Assembly: GCA_018657495.1 (NCBI GenBank)
Contig: JABHXA010000001.1
Span: 39,832-103,831 of the forward strand
Origin: Fidelibacterota bacterium
GTDB taxonomy: Bacteria; Fidelibacterota; Marinisomatia; SCGC-AAA003-L08; JACNLC01
Length of the DNA stretch: 64,000 nt
Reading direction: 5' to 3'
Part shown: piece after piece, positions 37,732 to 48,403 of the stretch
Layout: the number at the start of each line of letters is the position of its first letter
Position numbering within the stretch: position 1 is the first letter of the stretch
Made by a program: the position numbers and the translations under genes
Notes under the pieces: generated by a model
Database searches by the model: none
Told to the model about the DNA's origin: nothing
What the model saw: only the letters and a program-made list of their open reading frames with translations

Positions 37732-39209
37732 TGTCCGTTTTCCTTTTGAACCTGGTTAACTACTTTTATGGATATCCTGCCCAATACTGGAATAAGATCA
37801 GATAAATTGGTAAAATCACTTTCCATGATGGCAATATGGGTAATATCGGCGACAGGTTGATCCAATGTAGGATCAATTGAAATCCATTTATTATCTATAT
37901 ATACTACCGGCCAGGCATGATAGAGAAATTTTCCATTTAGGTAAACAACACCAATATGAATTTTGGTGGGTATGCCTGCTGCACGACTGAGGGATGTATA
38001 TAATATTGTATGTTCACTGCAATCACCTTCCCCATGTTTGAGAATTTCAAGGGCAGAAGAGAGACTTACTACCGGGAATTTTTTTAGATATCGATAAACC
38101 CACCTTCGGATGCTTTCAGCTTTTTCAGAACTGTCTAAGGAGTTTCCAATGATCTCTTTCATCTTAGAAATAATTTTTGGTCTATCCGGTTGAATAATTT
38201 CAGATGAATAAAGGAATACACCGTTGCTGTCAGGTTCATTACCAAAATCTGAGAGGGTGAATTTTACCTGAAGAGGGTTTTCACTGATCACCCTCTGCCT
38301 TGGTGAATCCATATTTTTGAAATATATTGGATCGATACCGGTTATCTCTAATATCAATTCTTCTATATTATTTTGTTTTGGAATATGCTTATCAGGCGTG
38401 ATTGCATATATGTCAAGAAGATCGATACCGGACAAGTTCGACTCATCAATGCTTAATGCTTCCTCGGCGCTAGTTCGCTCCATCATCAGACCCATCAATG
38501 TTTCTTCACGATAAGTAAGGCCGCTATCATCCAGCCATCGTATTGCCGGGATTCCACGGTACAGAATTTTGATACGATTTAATTCAAATTCTTCATCACC
38601 GAAAGTCAATGTTTCCCGGCCCTCATGAATAACTTCAACATCATCCATTTCCATCGATACAGGATCGAATGAGGGAATTTTGAATCTGTCACCTTCTATT
38701 ATACCCTGTTGAGCAATTAATGGCTGAATGCCAATATAGGTGTACAATTCCTCAGGAATGGCAATTTGAAAGCTAGTACTGTCAAGGCCATGAATCGTAG
38801 TGATTTCCATGGTGGTTCCAGATTTTCTGCCAAGCAAATGAGTGCTATATTGATCGGATGTAAGCTGGAACTCGAATTCATTCAAACGGAAAAGAGTATC
38901 GAGTTTTACCTCATTATCTAAAATTATATTGGCTTCTAATCCGGCGATAGCTGCTTTCATACGTGTGGTGCTGGTTATTACATACCCTTCATTATCCATA
39001 TTATAAATTGAGAATACCGAATAACCCAGTTTTTTTCCATCATGATAAATTGTCATCCACTCAGAATCGGTAGGGATTGATTTAATACCGGTACCCAGGG
39101 AAAAATAATTTACTGAAGCATTTTCATCCAGATAATGTTTTTTTATCAAAAGACCCATCATGAAAACCCACAAAATGAGGATGATGGTAATGTATAGTTT
39201 CTTAATCAT
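37728..39209 (-). CDS. Membrane-anchored transglutaminase-like (papain-fold) protein
   Basis: N-terminal TM. C-terminal core with an intact Cys-His-Asp triad context: GEGDCSEHTILYTSLSRAAGIP, FLYHAWPVVY, WISIDPT. Its stop overlaps the start of the downstream ABC ATPase gene by 4 nt. Confidence 0.8.
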   Translation of the reverse strand: MIKKLYITIILILWVFMMGLLIKKHYLDENASVNYFSLGTGIKSIPTDSEWMTIYHDGKKLGYSVFSIYNMDNEGYVITSTTRMKAAIAGLEANIILDNEVKLDTLFRLNEFEFQLTSDQYSTHLLGRKSGTTMEITTIHGLDSTSFQIAIPEELYTYIGIQPLIAQQGIIEGDRFKIPSFDPVSMEMDDVEVIHEGRETLTFGDEEFELNRIKILYRGIPAIRWLDDSGLTYREETLMGLMMERTSAEEALSIDESNLSGIDLLDIYAITPDKHIPKQNNIEELILEITGIDPIYFKNMDSPRQRVISENPLQVKFTLSDFGNEPDSNGVFLYSSEIIQPDRPKIISKMKEIIGNSLDSSEKAESIRRWVYRYLKKFPVVSLSSALEILKHGEGDCSEHTILYTSLSRAAGIPTKIHIGVVYLNGKFLYHAWPVVYIDNKWISIDPTLDQPVADITHIAIMESDFTNLSDLIPVLGRISIKVVNQVQKENGQ

Positions 39210-39242
39210 CGGGAAAGCGGTTCCCGGTAAGGATAGGTAATC

Positions 39243-40193
39243 TTAGGCAAGTCCTTCCATAATTTCAATTAATTTACTGCGAATTCCAGGTTCAAGCATT
39301 GAGTGACCCGAATCTGGTATAATATCAAATTTTGCTTCAGGCCAAACATTATGCAGATCCCATGCTGTTCTCATTGGGCATACAACATCATATCTTCCCT
39401 GAACGATATATGCAGGGATATGACGAATTTTATCAATTTGTTTCAGCAGCCAGCCGTCGGATTCAAAAAAGCCTTCGTTTATAAAATAATGACATTCTAT
39501 TCGTGAGAAAGCCTCGGCAACTTTTGTATCATCATACTGATGTAGACTTTGCTCATTTTGAAGAAGTTTACAGGTCCGTCCTTCCCAGGTTGCCCATGCT
39601 CTTGCAGCTTTCTGGCGCTTCGCAGTATCCTCACTGGTAAGCTGCGCATAATATGATTTTACCAAATTATCTCGTTCCTCAACGGGGATTGGAGCGAGAA
39701 AGCTTTCCCATTCATCAGGAAATATAAAGCTGGCACCCTCCTGATAGAACCAATTTATTTCTGATTTACGGAGTAAAAATATCCCCCTAAGTATGAGGTT
39801 TTTACAGTTTTGCGGATGAGTTACAGCATAAGAAAGAGCAAGGGTTGATCCCCAGCTACCACCAAACACATCCCATGAATCAATATTTAGATGATTTCGA
39901 ATTTTTTCAATATCATCAACCAAATTCCATGTCGTATTCTCCCGTAATTCTGCATGTGGAGTGCTTTTTCCGCACCCCCTTTGATCGAAAATGATAATTC
40001 TCCATTTCTCAGGATCAAAATAGCTGCGATATACGGCTTCAATGCCGCCACCTGGACCTCCATGAAGAAAAATTACCGGCTTCCCATGCGGATTCCCTGA
40101 TTGTTCATAGTGTACGGTGTGTAAATTAGATACTTCAAGGTAACCATCATCAAATGGTTCAATTTCTGGATATAATTCCTTCAACGGGGACAT
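39243..40193 (-). CDS. pip: Proline iminopeptidase
   Basis: HGGPGGG oxyanion region, nucleophile elbow GGSWGSTLAL, C-terminal SGHS. 316 aa. Confidence 0.9.
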   Translation of the reverse strand: MSPLKELYPEIEPFDDGYLEVSNLHTVHYEQSGNPHGKPVIFLHGGPGGGIEAVYRSYFDPEKWRIIIFDQRGCGKSTPHAELRENTTWNLVDDIEKIRNHLNIDSWDVFGGSWGSTLALSYAVTHPQNCKNLILRGIFLLRKSEINWFYQEGASFIFPDEWESFLAPIPVEERDNLVKSYYAQLTSEDTAKRQKAARAWATWEGRTCKLLQNEQSLHQYDDTKVAEAFSRIECHYFINEGFFESDGWLLKQIDKIRHIPAYIVQGRYDVVCPMRTAWDLHNVWPEAKFDIIPDSGHSMLEPGIRSKLIEIMEGLA

Positions 40194-40551
40194 AAAAAAT
40201 ATTCCTAGTATTGGTTGTACTTAATCAAAAATTTGGGTTTAATCAAAACCCTTAAATAAAAATACATCTATAGAATGTCAAAAATTCAAAAAACCATCCT
40301 TTGAAACAACTAAAATATTTGAACAAACCGGTATTTCTCATTTTAGAATATATATTAAAATATAGTGTATTAATTTACTGCAAATTCGTTTTCAAACCTT
40401 CGGAGTAAACCTGTTGTTACAAATCTTTACCTATTCGAAAATGTACTCACTTATTTTTGATTCAAACTCATTTTGACGATAATCAAACTAATTTCATATT
40501 ATTTTCATTGAATTATTGAATGTCAGGGACTTGTCTAATTTGACCTTATTC

Positions 40552-41532
40552 TCAATACATATATTGCTTACTAATTATGTTGAATAAGGATTTATTTCGA
40601 AGAAAATTTTCAAGATTATTACCAAACTGGGTGGCTACCATCGATTGATATTCTGGGAAATTCCCTGAAACGTGAGGAGATAGAAATACATTTTCTAATT
40701 GCAACAAGGGGCTATCTTCTGCGAGTGGCTCTTTAGAAAAAACATCCAAAGCTGCACCTGCTATTTTCCCATTTGATAATGCGCATATTAATGCTGGTTC
40801 ATCAATAATCTTACCTCGGGAAATATTTAAAAGGAAAGCAGTAGATTTCATCTGCTCAAATGAGCTGTTGTTTATCATTCCTTCTGTCTCATCAGTGAGG
40901 GGACAGGTTATCGCCACAAAATCACTTCGCTTTAGCAAATCAGAAATTTCTTTTTTTTGGACTAATTCGATAGAATCAGAATCATTTTTTTTCAATCCTG
41001 TACGACTGGAAGCTATCACATGCATCCCAAATGCTTTTGCCTTTATTGCCAGAACTTTTCCAATTGAACCATAGCCGATGATTCCCAGCGTTTTACCAGC
41101 TAACTGGATAGTCTGCTCAGCGATTTCCCATTGTTTCCATTCACCACTTGATCTGAATTTTTCGCAATCACCAAATCTTTTGGCGAGATATAACATCATC
41201 CCTATTATAAATTCCGATACAGGTCCGCCATGTATTCCCCTGGCATTGGTGATGGCCACGTCGCTATTGATTAAATCTGGACACAGACTTTTCTCCACCC
41301 CGGCAACACCAAAGTGAACCCATTTGAGATTTCTGCTCCGGAGTGAAAAAGATGATTCCCTCAATCGATAACATGCTAAAATATCCAAATTTGAAATATG
41401 TATCTTTAGGTGATCATCATCTAAGATTTGGATGAATTGAACTTCATCGCAATTGGTGATTTGAGATTTAATCTTCTCAAGGAGAAATTGGTATTTATCC
41501 GGATTTTGAGTTAATTGCAGTCCAATGCGCAT
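40552..41532 (-). CDS. D-isomer-specific 2-hydroxyacid dehydrogenase
   Basis: NAD site GIIGYGSIGKVLA, LLNISRG, AALDVF, SPHVSG. Confidence 0.85.
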   Translation of the reverse strand: MRIGLQLTQNPDKYQFLLEKIKSQITNCDEVQFIQILDDDHLKIHISNLDILACYRLRESSFSLRSRNLKWVHFGVAGVEKSLCPDLINSDVAITNARGIHGGPVSEFIIGMMLYLAKRFGDCEKFRSSGEWKQWEIAEQTIQLAGKTLGIIGYGSIGKVLAIKAKAFGMHVIASSRTGLKKNDSDSIELVQKKEISDLLKRSDFVAITCPLTDETEGMINNSSFEQMKSTAFLLNISRGKIIDEPALICALSNGKIAGAALDVFSKEPLAEDSPLLQLENVFLSPHVSGNFPEYQSMVATQFGNNLENFLRNKSLFNIISKQYMY

Positions 41533-41561
41533 AGCGATAATATTATTTTAGAATAAAGTCA

Positions 41562-42212
41562 TTATAGATACATTTTCAACTTGTCATATAGCTGGAAAGT
41601 GGCTTCTACATCACGCATTACATATTCATTTACCAGATCAATTTCACCATCATTATAGGCGGTTGCAACAGAATCTCCTTTTACCTCCCCCTCTTTGGGG
41701 GATGGAATCCCAAATGACTGACAAACAATGTCAAGACTCACTGCATTGTAAGTGCTCCAACCGGATAAAAACATCATAAGGTCAATGTGATTATCATATG
41801 TAAATCGTCTGAGATTACGGAATTTTCGGTTTTCAATTTTTATTCCATGATGGGCAGATCGAATGATCAAAAATGGGATATCAAATCCCAATCCATTATA
41901 GTGAATAAACTTCAAACCCCTGGAATTGCTATGATTTATTATTTCAGCAAATTTAAGGAGAGTGGCTTTTTCATCTTCCTCACAAATCACTCTATCTTTA
42001 TGTTCACCGCTCATTTCGTCATAAAGCCGCATACCAATGCATAAAACTCTACCAAAAAACGGTGATACGGATCTGATTAATGATTCAGCATCTTCAGGAT
42101 CATCACCGGTTCGTTCAACTCGCTGCTGGACTTTTTTGGCTACTTCATCATCCAGCGAATTAGGAAGATCATCACGTGGGATAGTTTCAATATCCAGAAT
42201 CAAAAACTTCAT
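41562..42212 (-). CDS. RNase H-fold 3'-5' exonuclease related to the PolB exonuclease domain
   Basis: N-terminal FLILDIETIP (ExoI D-x-E). HYNGLGFDIPFL and a C-terminal Y-x3-D-like region (NEYVMRDVEAT), as in the predicted PolB-exo-like family. Confidence 0.65.
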   Translation of the reverse strand: MKFLILDIETIPRDDLPNSLDDEVAKKVQQRVERTGDDPEDAESLIRSVSPFFGRVLCIGMRLYDEMSGEHKDRVICEEDEKATLLKFAEIINHSNSRGLKFIHYNGLGFDIPFLIIRSAHHGIKIENRKFRNLRRFTYDNHIDLMMFLSGWSTYNAVSLDIVCQSFGIPSPKEGEVKGDSVATAYNDGEIDLVNEYVMRDVEATFQLYDKLKMYL

Positions 42213-42700
42213 GATGTTTTGATGCAGTCATACCAGGGACCTGCTGCAAGGTCAGATTTAAATAGTTTTTTATCTCCATCCTTTTTGATCGTTTCACCAA
42301 TCTCTTTGGCTTTAGTATAGAATTCAATGGCTTTTTCTTTATTATTACAGGCGGCATATGCTCTGGCCATTCCCTCCATCGTATAACCCAGATCAAAATC
42401 TACAAATCCGTGTTTAGTATTAATCGCCAGACTTTTTTCTGCTGCTACCAGGGCCTGTTCGCCTTTCCCCAACACAGCATATACATGGGAGACCATCCAT
42501 TCACCACGTTGTTCATTAATGGGTTTGAACAAGGGAGATCTTAACCAGTGATAAAGTGATCCTTTGGCGAAAGCAATCATTCGAGAATCATCTTTATCTT
42601 TGCGATTTTTCATCCCTAATAGATTCCACGTCTGCATATTTAATTCGATTCCCAAAAAATGATGTAATTTCTGTTCATCAGTATATTCAGGTTTTGTCAT
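42209..42700 (-). CDS. Hypothetical helical (TPR-like) protein
   Basis: 163 aa, helical-repeat-like (GKGEQALVAAEKSLAI..., ARAYAACNNKEKAIEFYTKAKEI). Overlaps the downstream exonuclease gene by 4 nt. Confidence 0.5.
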   Translation of the reverse strand: MTKPEYTDEQKLHHFLGIELNMQTWNLLGMKNRKDKDDSRMIAFAKGSLYHWLRSPLFKPINEQRGEWMVSHVYAVLGKGEQALVAAEKSLAINTKHGFVDFDLGYTMEGMARAYAACNNKEKAIEFYTKAKEIGETIKKDGDKKLFKSDLAAGPWYDCIKTS

Positions 42701-42727
42701 AGACTCTCCTCTTCTTATTTAATTAAA

Positions 42728-43633
42728 TCATTTATCAATTACTTCTACCAATTTTACGATTGACTCACTTAATACATCCAGATCATATCCACCTTCCAAA
42801 CCGATGAGTAATGGGTCTTGTATGGATTTACATTTTTGTAAAAGATCAGCAAAATCTTCAGATTCCAGATTCATTCCCGCTAAGGGATCCAATCGAGCAG
42901 CATCAAATCCGGCACTGATAATAAACAGATCTGGATCAAAATTTCTAATAAATGGATCTACTTTTTGGTCGAATTCATGATTATACCCCGATCCATCTGA
43001 TCCAGCCGGCATCGGTATATTCAATACATTATTAAATTTACCCGTTTCTATTGATTGTCCCGTTCCCGGGTAGAGTGGATGTTGATGCATTGAACAATAT
43101 CCAAATCTTGAATCGTTTTCAAGGATATGCTGGGTTCCATTACCATGGTGCACATCCCAATCGAATATGGCTACTCGTGAAATTAATTTTTGCTTTACAG
43201 CATAATGAGCTGCCAATGCTGCGTTAGAAAACAAACAAAATCCCATTGCCCTATCCCTTTCGGCGTGATGCCCCGGCGGTCTGGAGAGAACAAATGCCCA
43301 TTCCCTTCTATTCACAACAATGTCGACTGCATCCAGCCAGGCACCAGCACTCAATAGCGCTGTTTCATAACTTGCAGGGGAAATATATGTATCAGGATCA
43401 GCATATCCCCCACCTGATTCTGATAAAGATTTTACATTCTGGATATGTTCATCGTTATGGATCCACCTCAATTCATCCAATGTTGCTTTTCTCGGTTTGA
43501 CCCAGTTGAACCGCTGTTGAGGTTCTAGTTTTTTCAAAGCATTAATAATTGAAGTTAATCTTTCGGGGCGTTCCGGATGACCATAACCATTATCATGTTC
43601 CAAAAATTGATCATCATAAATTATATGAATCAT
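42728..43633 (-). CDS. Histone deacetylase-family (acetoin utilisation/acetylpolyamine-type) deacetylase
   Basis: PPGHHAERDRAMGFCLFSN, DWDVHHGNGTQ, GFDA. Confidence 0.9.
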   Translation of the reverse strand: MIHIIYDDQFLEHDNGYGHPERPERLTSIINALKKLEPQQRFNWVKPRKATLDELRWIHNDEHIQNVKSLSESGGGYADPDTYISPASYETALLSAGAWLDAVDIVVNRREWAFVLSRPPGHHAERDRAMGFCLFSNAALAAHYAVKQKLISRVAIFDWDVHHGNGTQHILENDSRFGYCSMHQHPLYPGTGQSIETGKFNNVLNIPMPAGSDGSGYNHEFDQKVDPFIRNFDPDLFIISAGFDAARLDPLAGMNLESEDFADLLQKCKSIQDPLLIGLEGGYDLDVLSESIVKLVEVIDK

Positions 43634-43650
43634 GTTTTGCTTTATTTGGA

Positions 43651-46600
43651 TTAGTTAAAAATTTCCTGTAAACTGTGATATCTGATTTTACCCGACTGTA
43701 TGGCGCGGATGGCCCTTACTGCAGCCCGTGCCCCTGAAATGGTGGTTATTGCCGGGACAGAATGTCTCACGGCATCTCGCCCAATCATGTACTCATCCCG
43801 TCGGGACCATTTACCCATTGGTGTATTAATTATCAGGTGTATTTCTCCATTTTTTATCGCATCAAGAATGTTAGGGCGACCTTCTGTTGCCTTTAAGATT
43901 TCAGCTACAGGTAAACCATTTTCATTTAATAGTGCTGCTGTACCCGATGTGGCCACAAGTTCAAAATCTAACTCCAGCAGATCTCTGGCAACAGATACTA
44001 CTTGAATTTTATCCTCATCATTCACGGATATGAAGGCAATCCCTGATTTCGGTAACCGATTTCCCGAGCCGATTTCTGCCTTTGCATAGGCAGCTCCGAG
44101 ATGAGAGTCGATTCCTATTACTTCACCGGTAGATCTCATTTCAGGGGATAAAAATACATTTTCACCGGGGAACTTATTAAATGGAAAAACAGGTTTTTTG
44201 ATGGCAATCAGATGATTTCTCTTTTTGGACAGCAAGTCAAAATCTGATAATTTCTTACCTGCGGCCAGCTGAGAAGCAATTTTTGCAATTGGGATATTAA
44301 TAACTTTACTGATAAATGGTACCGTTCGACTAGCTCTTGGATTCACTTCAATAACGTATATCGTATTATGCTTCATGGCAAATTGAATATTTACCAGGCC
44401 GATTGTATTTAAGGATAGAGCCAGTTGACGAGTATAATCCTCAATCATTAACCGGGAATTCTTCGGTAGCCAGTATGGCGGGATGACGCAGGCTGAATCC
44501 CCTGAATGGATCCCTGCTTCTTCGATATGCTGCATTATCCCGGCAATATAGACATCTGAGCCATCGCATAAAGCATCCACATCAAACTCAAAAGCGTCCT
44601 CAAGGAATGAATCGATCAGAATGGGATAATTACCGGATATTTCAGTAGCGTTTTCAACATACCGTTCTAATTCAGCTCCATCATAGACAATCTCCATACC
44701 ACGCCCACCCAATACATATGAAGGTCGTACTAATACTGGAAAACCAATTTTCTCAGCAATGACAATAGCTTCAGACACCGTCGTTGCAGTCCCCCAATCC
44801 GGCACCGGAATTTGCAGTTTCGTAAGAATCTCACCAAATTTTTGTCGATTTTCGGCAAGGTCAATAGCATCCGGTGATGTACCCAGGATTGAAACACCGC
44901 TTTCTTTTAGTCGAGATGCAATGTTCAATGGAGTTTGTCCACCAAATTGGATCAATACACCATCAGGTTTTTCAAAATCAACGATATTCATAACATCTTC
45001 GTAGGTAAGCGGTTCGAAATATAATCTGTCTGAGATATCAAAATCCGTTGAAACTGTTTCTGGATTACAATTCACCATTATGGTTTTATAACCGATAGAC
45101 TGCAAACCGAATACTGCCTGAACACAGCAATAATCAAATTCCAGGCCCTGGCCGATACGATTGGGTCCACTGCCAAGGATTATTATCTTTTTACCATCCA
45201 GGGGTTCGATTTCATCAAATTGCTCATATGTGGAATAACAATAGGGTGTTTGCGATTCAAATTCAGCGGCACATGTATCGACAATTTTGTATACTGGCAA
45301 TATGCCGTGAATTTTTCTATAGGACCGGATATCATCCTCTGATTTCCCACTCATTGTAGCAATCTGAATGTCAGAAAACCCATTTTTCTTTAGGAGGATT
45401 ACACACTCAGGTCTCAATGAAAATTCTAATGTTTTTTGATAAAGCTGACGAATATGATGTAAAAACCATGGGTCTATTGATGTGGCATCATGTAGTTCTT
45501 TTAAAGACCGGCCCTGCTTGAATGCTGACCATATCTTTTGGACTCTGAAGGCCGTACCAAATCTCATTGTATATAAAGATAAATCCCGTGATGGTGTTTT
45601 TTTAGGCTCAATTCCGGATAATCCTGTTTCCAGGGATCTAAAGGCCTTTTGAAGACTTTCAGGAAATGTCCTTCCAATGGCCATGACCTCACCAACTGAT
45701 TGCATCTGCACACCCAGGGTTCCATCTGCACTGGGAAATTTTTCAAAATCAAATCTTGGGATTTTCGTCACCACATAATCCAGTACCGGTTCGAAGGCCG
45801 CCGTTGTATAGCCGGTGATGTCGTTACGGATTTCATCGAGAAGATATCCCACAGCAAGTTTAGCTGCAACTTTAGCGATAGGATAACCAGTGGCCTTTGA
45901 TGCTAATGCCGATGACCGACTAACCCGTGGATTCATCTCAATTATAATCATTCTACCATTCTGGGGATTTACAGCAAACTGAACATTTGAACCACCAGTA
46001 TCCACACCAATTTTTCTGAGACATTTGATAGACCAGTTTCTCATTTTCTGATATTCTTTGTCTGATAATGTCTGAGCAGGGGCAACCGTTATAGAATCAC
46101 CTGTATGAATTCCCATTGGATCTAGATTCTCAATCGAGCAGACAATTACGGCATTATCAGCCCTGTCCCGCACCACCTCCATTTCATATTCTTTCCATCC
46201 GAGAAGCGATTCCTCAATGAGGACCTGGTGAATGGGGCTGGCATTGAGACCGATATCCACCAAATCACTGAATTCCTCTATATTGTATGCAGTTGAACCG
46301 CCGGTTCCACCCATAGTAAACGACGGTCGAATAATTATGGGAAATGGGATTTCCCTGACAATTTCCATTGCCTCATCGATTGAAGATGCAAATCGACCTG
46401 CAGCAGTTTCAATACCCACCTCGTGCATTGCCGATTTAAATTTCTCTCGGTCCTCAGCAATTTCAATGGCCTGCACATTGGCACCTATGAGTTCAACGTC
46501 ATATTTTTGTAGCAATCCATTTTTTTCCAATTGAATAGCAAGATCCAATGCAGTCTGTCCCCCTACAGTTGGGAGAATTGCTGACGGTTTTTCTTTTTTG

Positions 46601-46833
46601 ATGATTTCTTCAATGGCTGTAATTGTAATCGGCTCAAGATAGGTGGCATCGGCAAGATTGGGATCTGTCATTATAGTAGCCGGATTTGAATTTAGCAGGA
46701 TAATTCGATATCCCTCTTCACGTAATGATTTGCAGGCCTGGGTCCCGGAATAATCAAATTCGCAAGCCTGGCCAATGATAATAGGACCCGCCCCAATGAT
46801 AAGTATGGAATTTAAATCATCGCGTTTAGGCAT
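43651..46833 (-). CDS. carB: Carbamoyl-phosphate synthase large subunit
   Basis: 1060 aa with a duplicated ATP-grasp architecture. N-terminus [24 protein letters not shown] and internal repeat [25 protein letters not shown]-like C-terminus. Confidence 0.97.
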   Translation of the reverse strand: MPKRDDLNSILIIGAGPIIIGQACEFDYSGTQACKSLREEGYRIILLNSNPATIMTDPNLADATYLEPITITAIEEIIKKEKPSAILPTVGGQTALDLAIQLEKNGLLQKYDVELIGANVQAIEIAEDREKFKSAMHEVGIETAAGRFASSIDEAMEIVREIPFPIIIRPSFTMGGTGGSTAYNIEEFSDLVDIGLNASPIHQVLIEESLLGWKEYEMEVVRDRADNAVIVCSIENLDPMGIHTGDSITVAPAQTLSDKEYQKMRNWSIKCLRKIGVDTGGSNVQFAVNPQNGRMIIIEMNPRVSRSSALASKATGYPIAKVAAKLAVGYLLDEIRNDITGYTTAAFEPVLDYVVTKIPRFDFEKFPSADGTLGVQMQSVGEVMAIGRTFPESLQKAFRSLETGLSGIEPKKTPSRDLSLYTMRFGTAFRVQKIWSAFKQGRSLKELHDATSIDPWFLHHIRQLYQKTLEFSLRPECVILLKKNGFSDIQIATMSGKSEDDIRSYRKIHGILPVYKIVDTCAAEFESQTPYCYSTYEQFDEIEPLDGKKIIILGSGPNRIGQGLEFDYCCVQAVFGLQSIGYKTIMVNCNPETVSTDFDISDRLYFEPLTYEDVMNIVDFEKPDGVLIQFGGQTPLNIASRLKESGVSILGTSPDAIDLAENRQKFGEILTKLQIPVPDWGTATTVSEAIVIAEKIGFPVLVRPSYVLGGRGMEIVYDGAELERYVENATEISGNYPILIDSFLEDAFEFDVDALCDGSDVYIAGIMQHIEEAGIHSGDSACVIPPYWLPKNSRLMIEDYTRQLALSLNTIGLVNIQFAMKHNTIYVIEVNPRASRTVPFISKVINIPIAKIASQLAAGKKLSDFDLLSKKRNHLIAIKKPVFPFNKFPGENVFLSPEMRSTGEVIGIDSHLGAAYAKAEIGSGNRLPKSGIAFISVNDEDKIQVVSVARDLLELDFELVATSGTAALLNENGLPVAEILKATEGRPNILDAIKNGEIHLIINTPMGKWSRRDEYMIGRDAVRHSVPAITTISGARAAVRAIRAIQSGKIRYHSLQEIFN

Positions 46834-46838
46834 TTTAG

Positions 46839-47552
46839 CTATTCCGGTTCTTCGAGGAAAAAGGCTTCATCCAATCCCTGATTTACTTTATAGTTTTTAT
46901 ACACTAAGGTGATCTTCCCTGATTGCGGTGCATTGCCCTCTCGCATATGAAATTCAGGATTTGCATCCATTTCAGGGATATCCAATTCTATAACTGTCTC
47001 CACCGGAAGAAACAGACCATTTTCAAAATTTGAAAACCCGGTATCAATACGTAATATCTTTTCAGCGCCAGCATATACTTCAAACGACGGAATCACCCAT
47101 CTTTCAGTATCTATTGACACTGACATTGTCATGGATTGATTGCCTTTATCCGAGAAATTCCAGATATCCTCTTTATCAACTCCCAACTGAATATTACCTT
47201 TGAGAATTAATCGATGCGATATTTCATCCACGGAGTCAATGGTAATATCTGACAAAGAATTCAGTAGTACTTCTGGTGATAGTGGTAATCCATACTGGGG
47301 AACGAGGGCAAATCCTTTTGATTCTATTTTAAAATGGTCAGGGTTTTTATAATGGAGAGTGATTTTTTTCTTTGGCATCCTTAACCCTGTCATCTGAACT
47401 GACAGCTTGATATCAACTGTGAAGTCTTCCACCTTTGAGAATTGTTCAGTTAGTTTTTCCCGAACCATGGTGACGCTGAAACTTGAGTCCATGGCATCAA
47501 GACATGTAAAGATTAAACCGACGATAATCAATGGTATTGTTCTTCTGATCAT
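46839..47552 (-). CDS. LolA-like / outer-membrane lipoprotein-sorting-like hypothetical protein
   Basis: I prefer ATG 47552 ([17 protein letters not shown]), which forms an ATGA overlap with the permease stop. Beta-rich with no catalytic motif. The LolA-like assignment is tentative. Confidence 0.55.
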   Translation of the reverse strand: MIRRTIPLIIVGLIFTCLDAMDSSFSVTMVREKLTEQFSKVEDFTVDIKLSVQMTGLRMPKKKITLHYKNPDHFKIESKGFALVPQYGLPLSPEVLLNSLSDITIDSVDEISHRLILKGNIQLGVDKEDIWNFSDKGNQSMTMSVSIDTERWVIPSFEVYAGAEKILRIDTGFSNFENGLFLPVETVIELDIPEMDANPEFHMREGNAPQSGKITLVYKNYKVNQGLDEAFFLEEPE

Positions 47553-48403
47553 GTAAGAATATCCTTTCGGGTAAAAATCCAAAAACTAATAGAAACAAAA
47601 CTGATGATGTATATGGCCAATACACCTATTCCTTTGAAGATGGCATCCCAGGGAACTGGATCGTAAAAGGCTTTCATCCAGATATCGAAATATGTGGTAA
47701 ACAGATATGGTTTGACCGTTATAAATATATCCAAAGGAATATTTGATATGGCAATAGAAATGATTATCACTGCCATGGCACCCACCATAGGTCCAATGCC
47801 ATTATTCACCATTGATGAAAACATATAGGTAAGTGATGCCACCGAAAACATAATAAATATGGCCAGAGTATAAGCCAGCAAAAATCGAATCAAAGCGGTT
47901 TCAGGTCCAAGGATTAGAATTCCGTCATGGAGTACAAATAAATCACCGGTTCCATGCCACGTTACACCAAGACCAAGACTTAATAATCCAAAAAATATGA
48001 TCAATGCTGCTGTATAGATATAAACTGCTAGTAATTTGGATAACAGAATTTTAAATCGAGACACAGGTCGGATGAGATAAATTCTGAATGTACCGGCAGC
48101 GCCTTCTCCTGCCACCACATCCCCGGCAACCAAAGTTATGAGAAAAGGGATATGCACCCAGAGAAAATTCATTATCATGTGGGCAATAAAATATCCATTT
48201 ACAATTGATCCAACTACAAGAAAACCACCACCCATACCTTTGGCTTTTTTACTCAATTCATTGGCAAATCCTCCCTCGCTATAACTAAAGGCAATCATGA
48301 TAACTGGAATCAACACACCCATTGCAATAAATCCAATCAAACTTCTTTTTTTACCAAGAATTTTTTGAATTTCATTTTTTATCAATGTAAGCATGAATTT
48401 CAT
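47549..48403 (-). CDS. ABC-2 type transporter permease
   Basis: 284 aa with ~6 TM segments. ATGA overlap with the upstream ATPase gene. Confidence 0.75.
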   Translation of the reverse strand: MKFMLTLIKNEIQKILGKKRSLIGFIAMGVLIPVIMIAFSYSEGGFANELSKKAKGMGGGFLVVGSIVNGYFIAHMIMNFLWVHIPFLITLVAGDVVAGEGAAGTFRIYLIRPVSRFKILLSKLLAVYIYTAALIIFFGLLSLGLGVTWHGTGDLFVLHDGILILGPETALIRFLLAYTLAIFIMFSVASLTYMFSSMVNNGIGPMVGAMAVIIISIAISNIPLDIFITVKPYLFTTYFDIWMKAFYDPVPWDAIFKGIGVLAIYIISFVSISFWIFTRKDILT

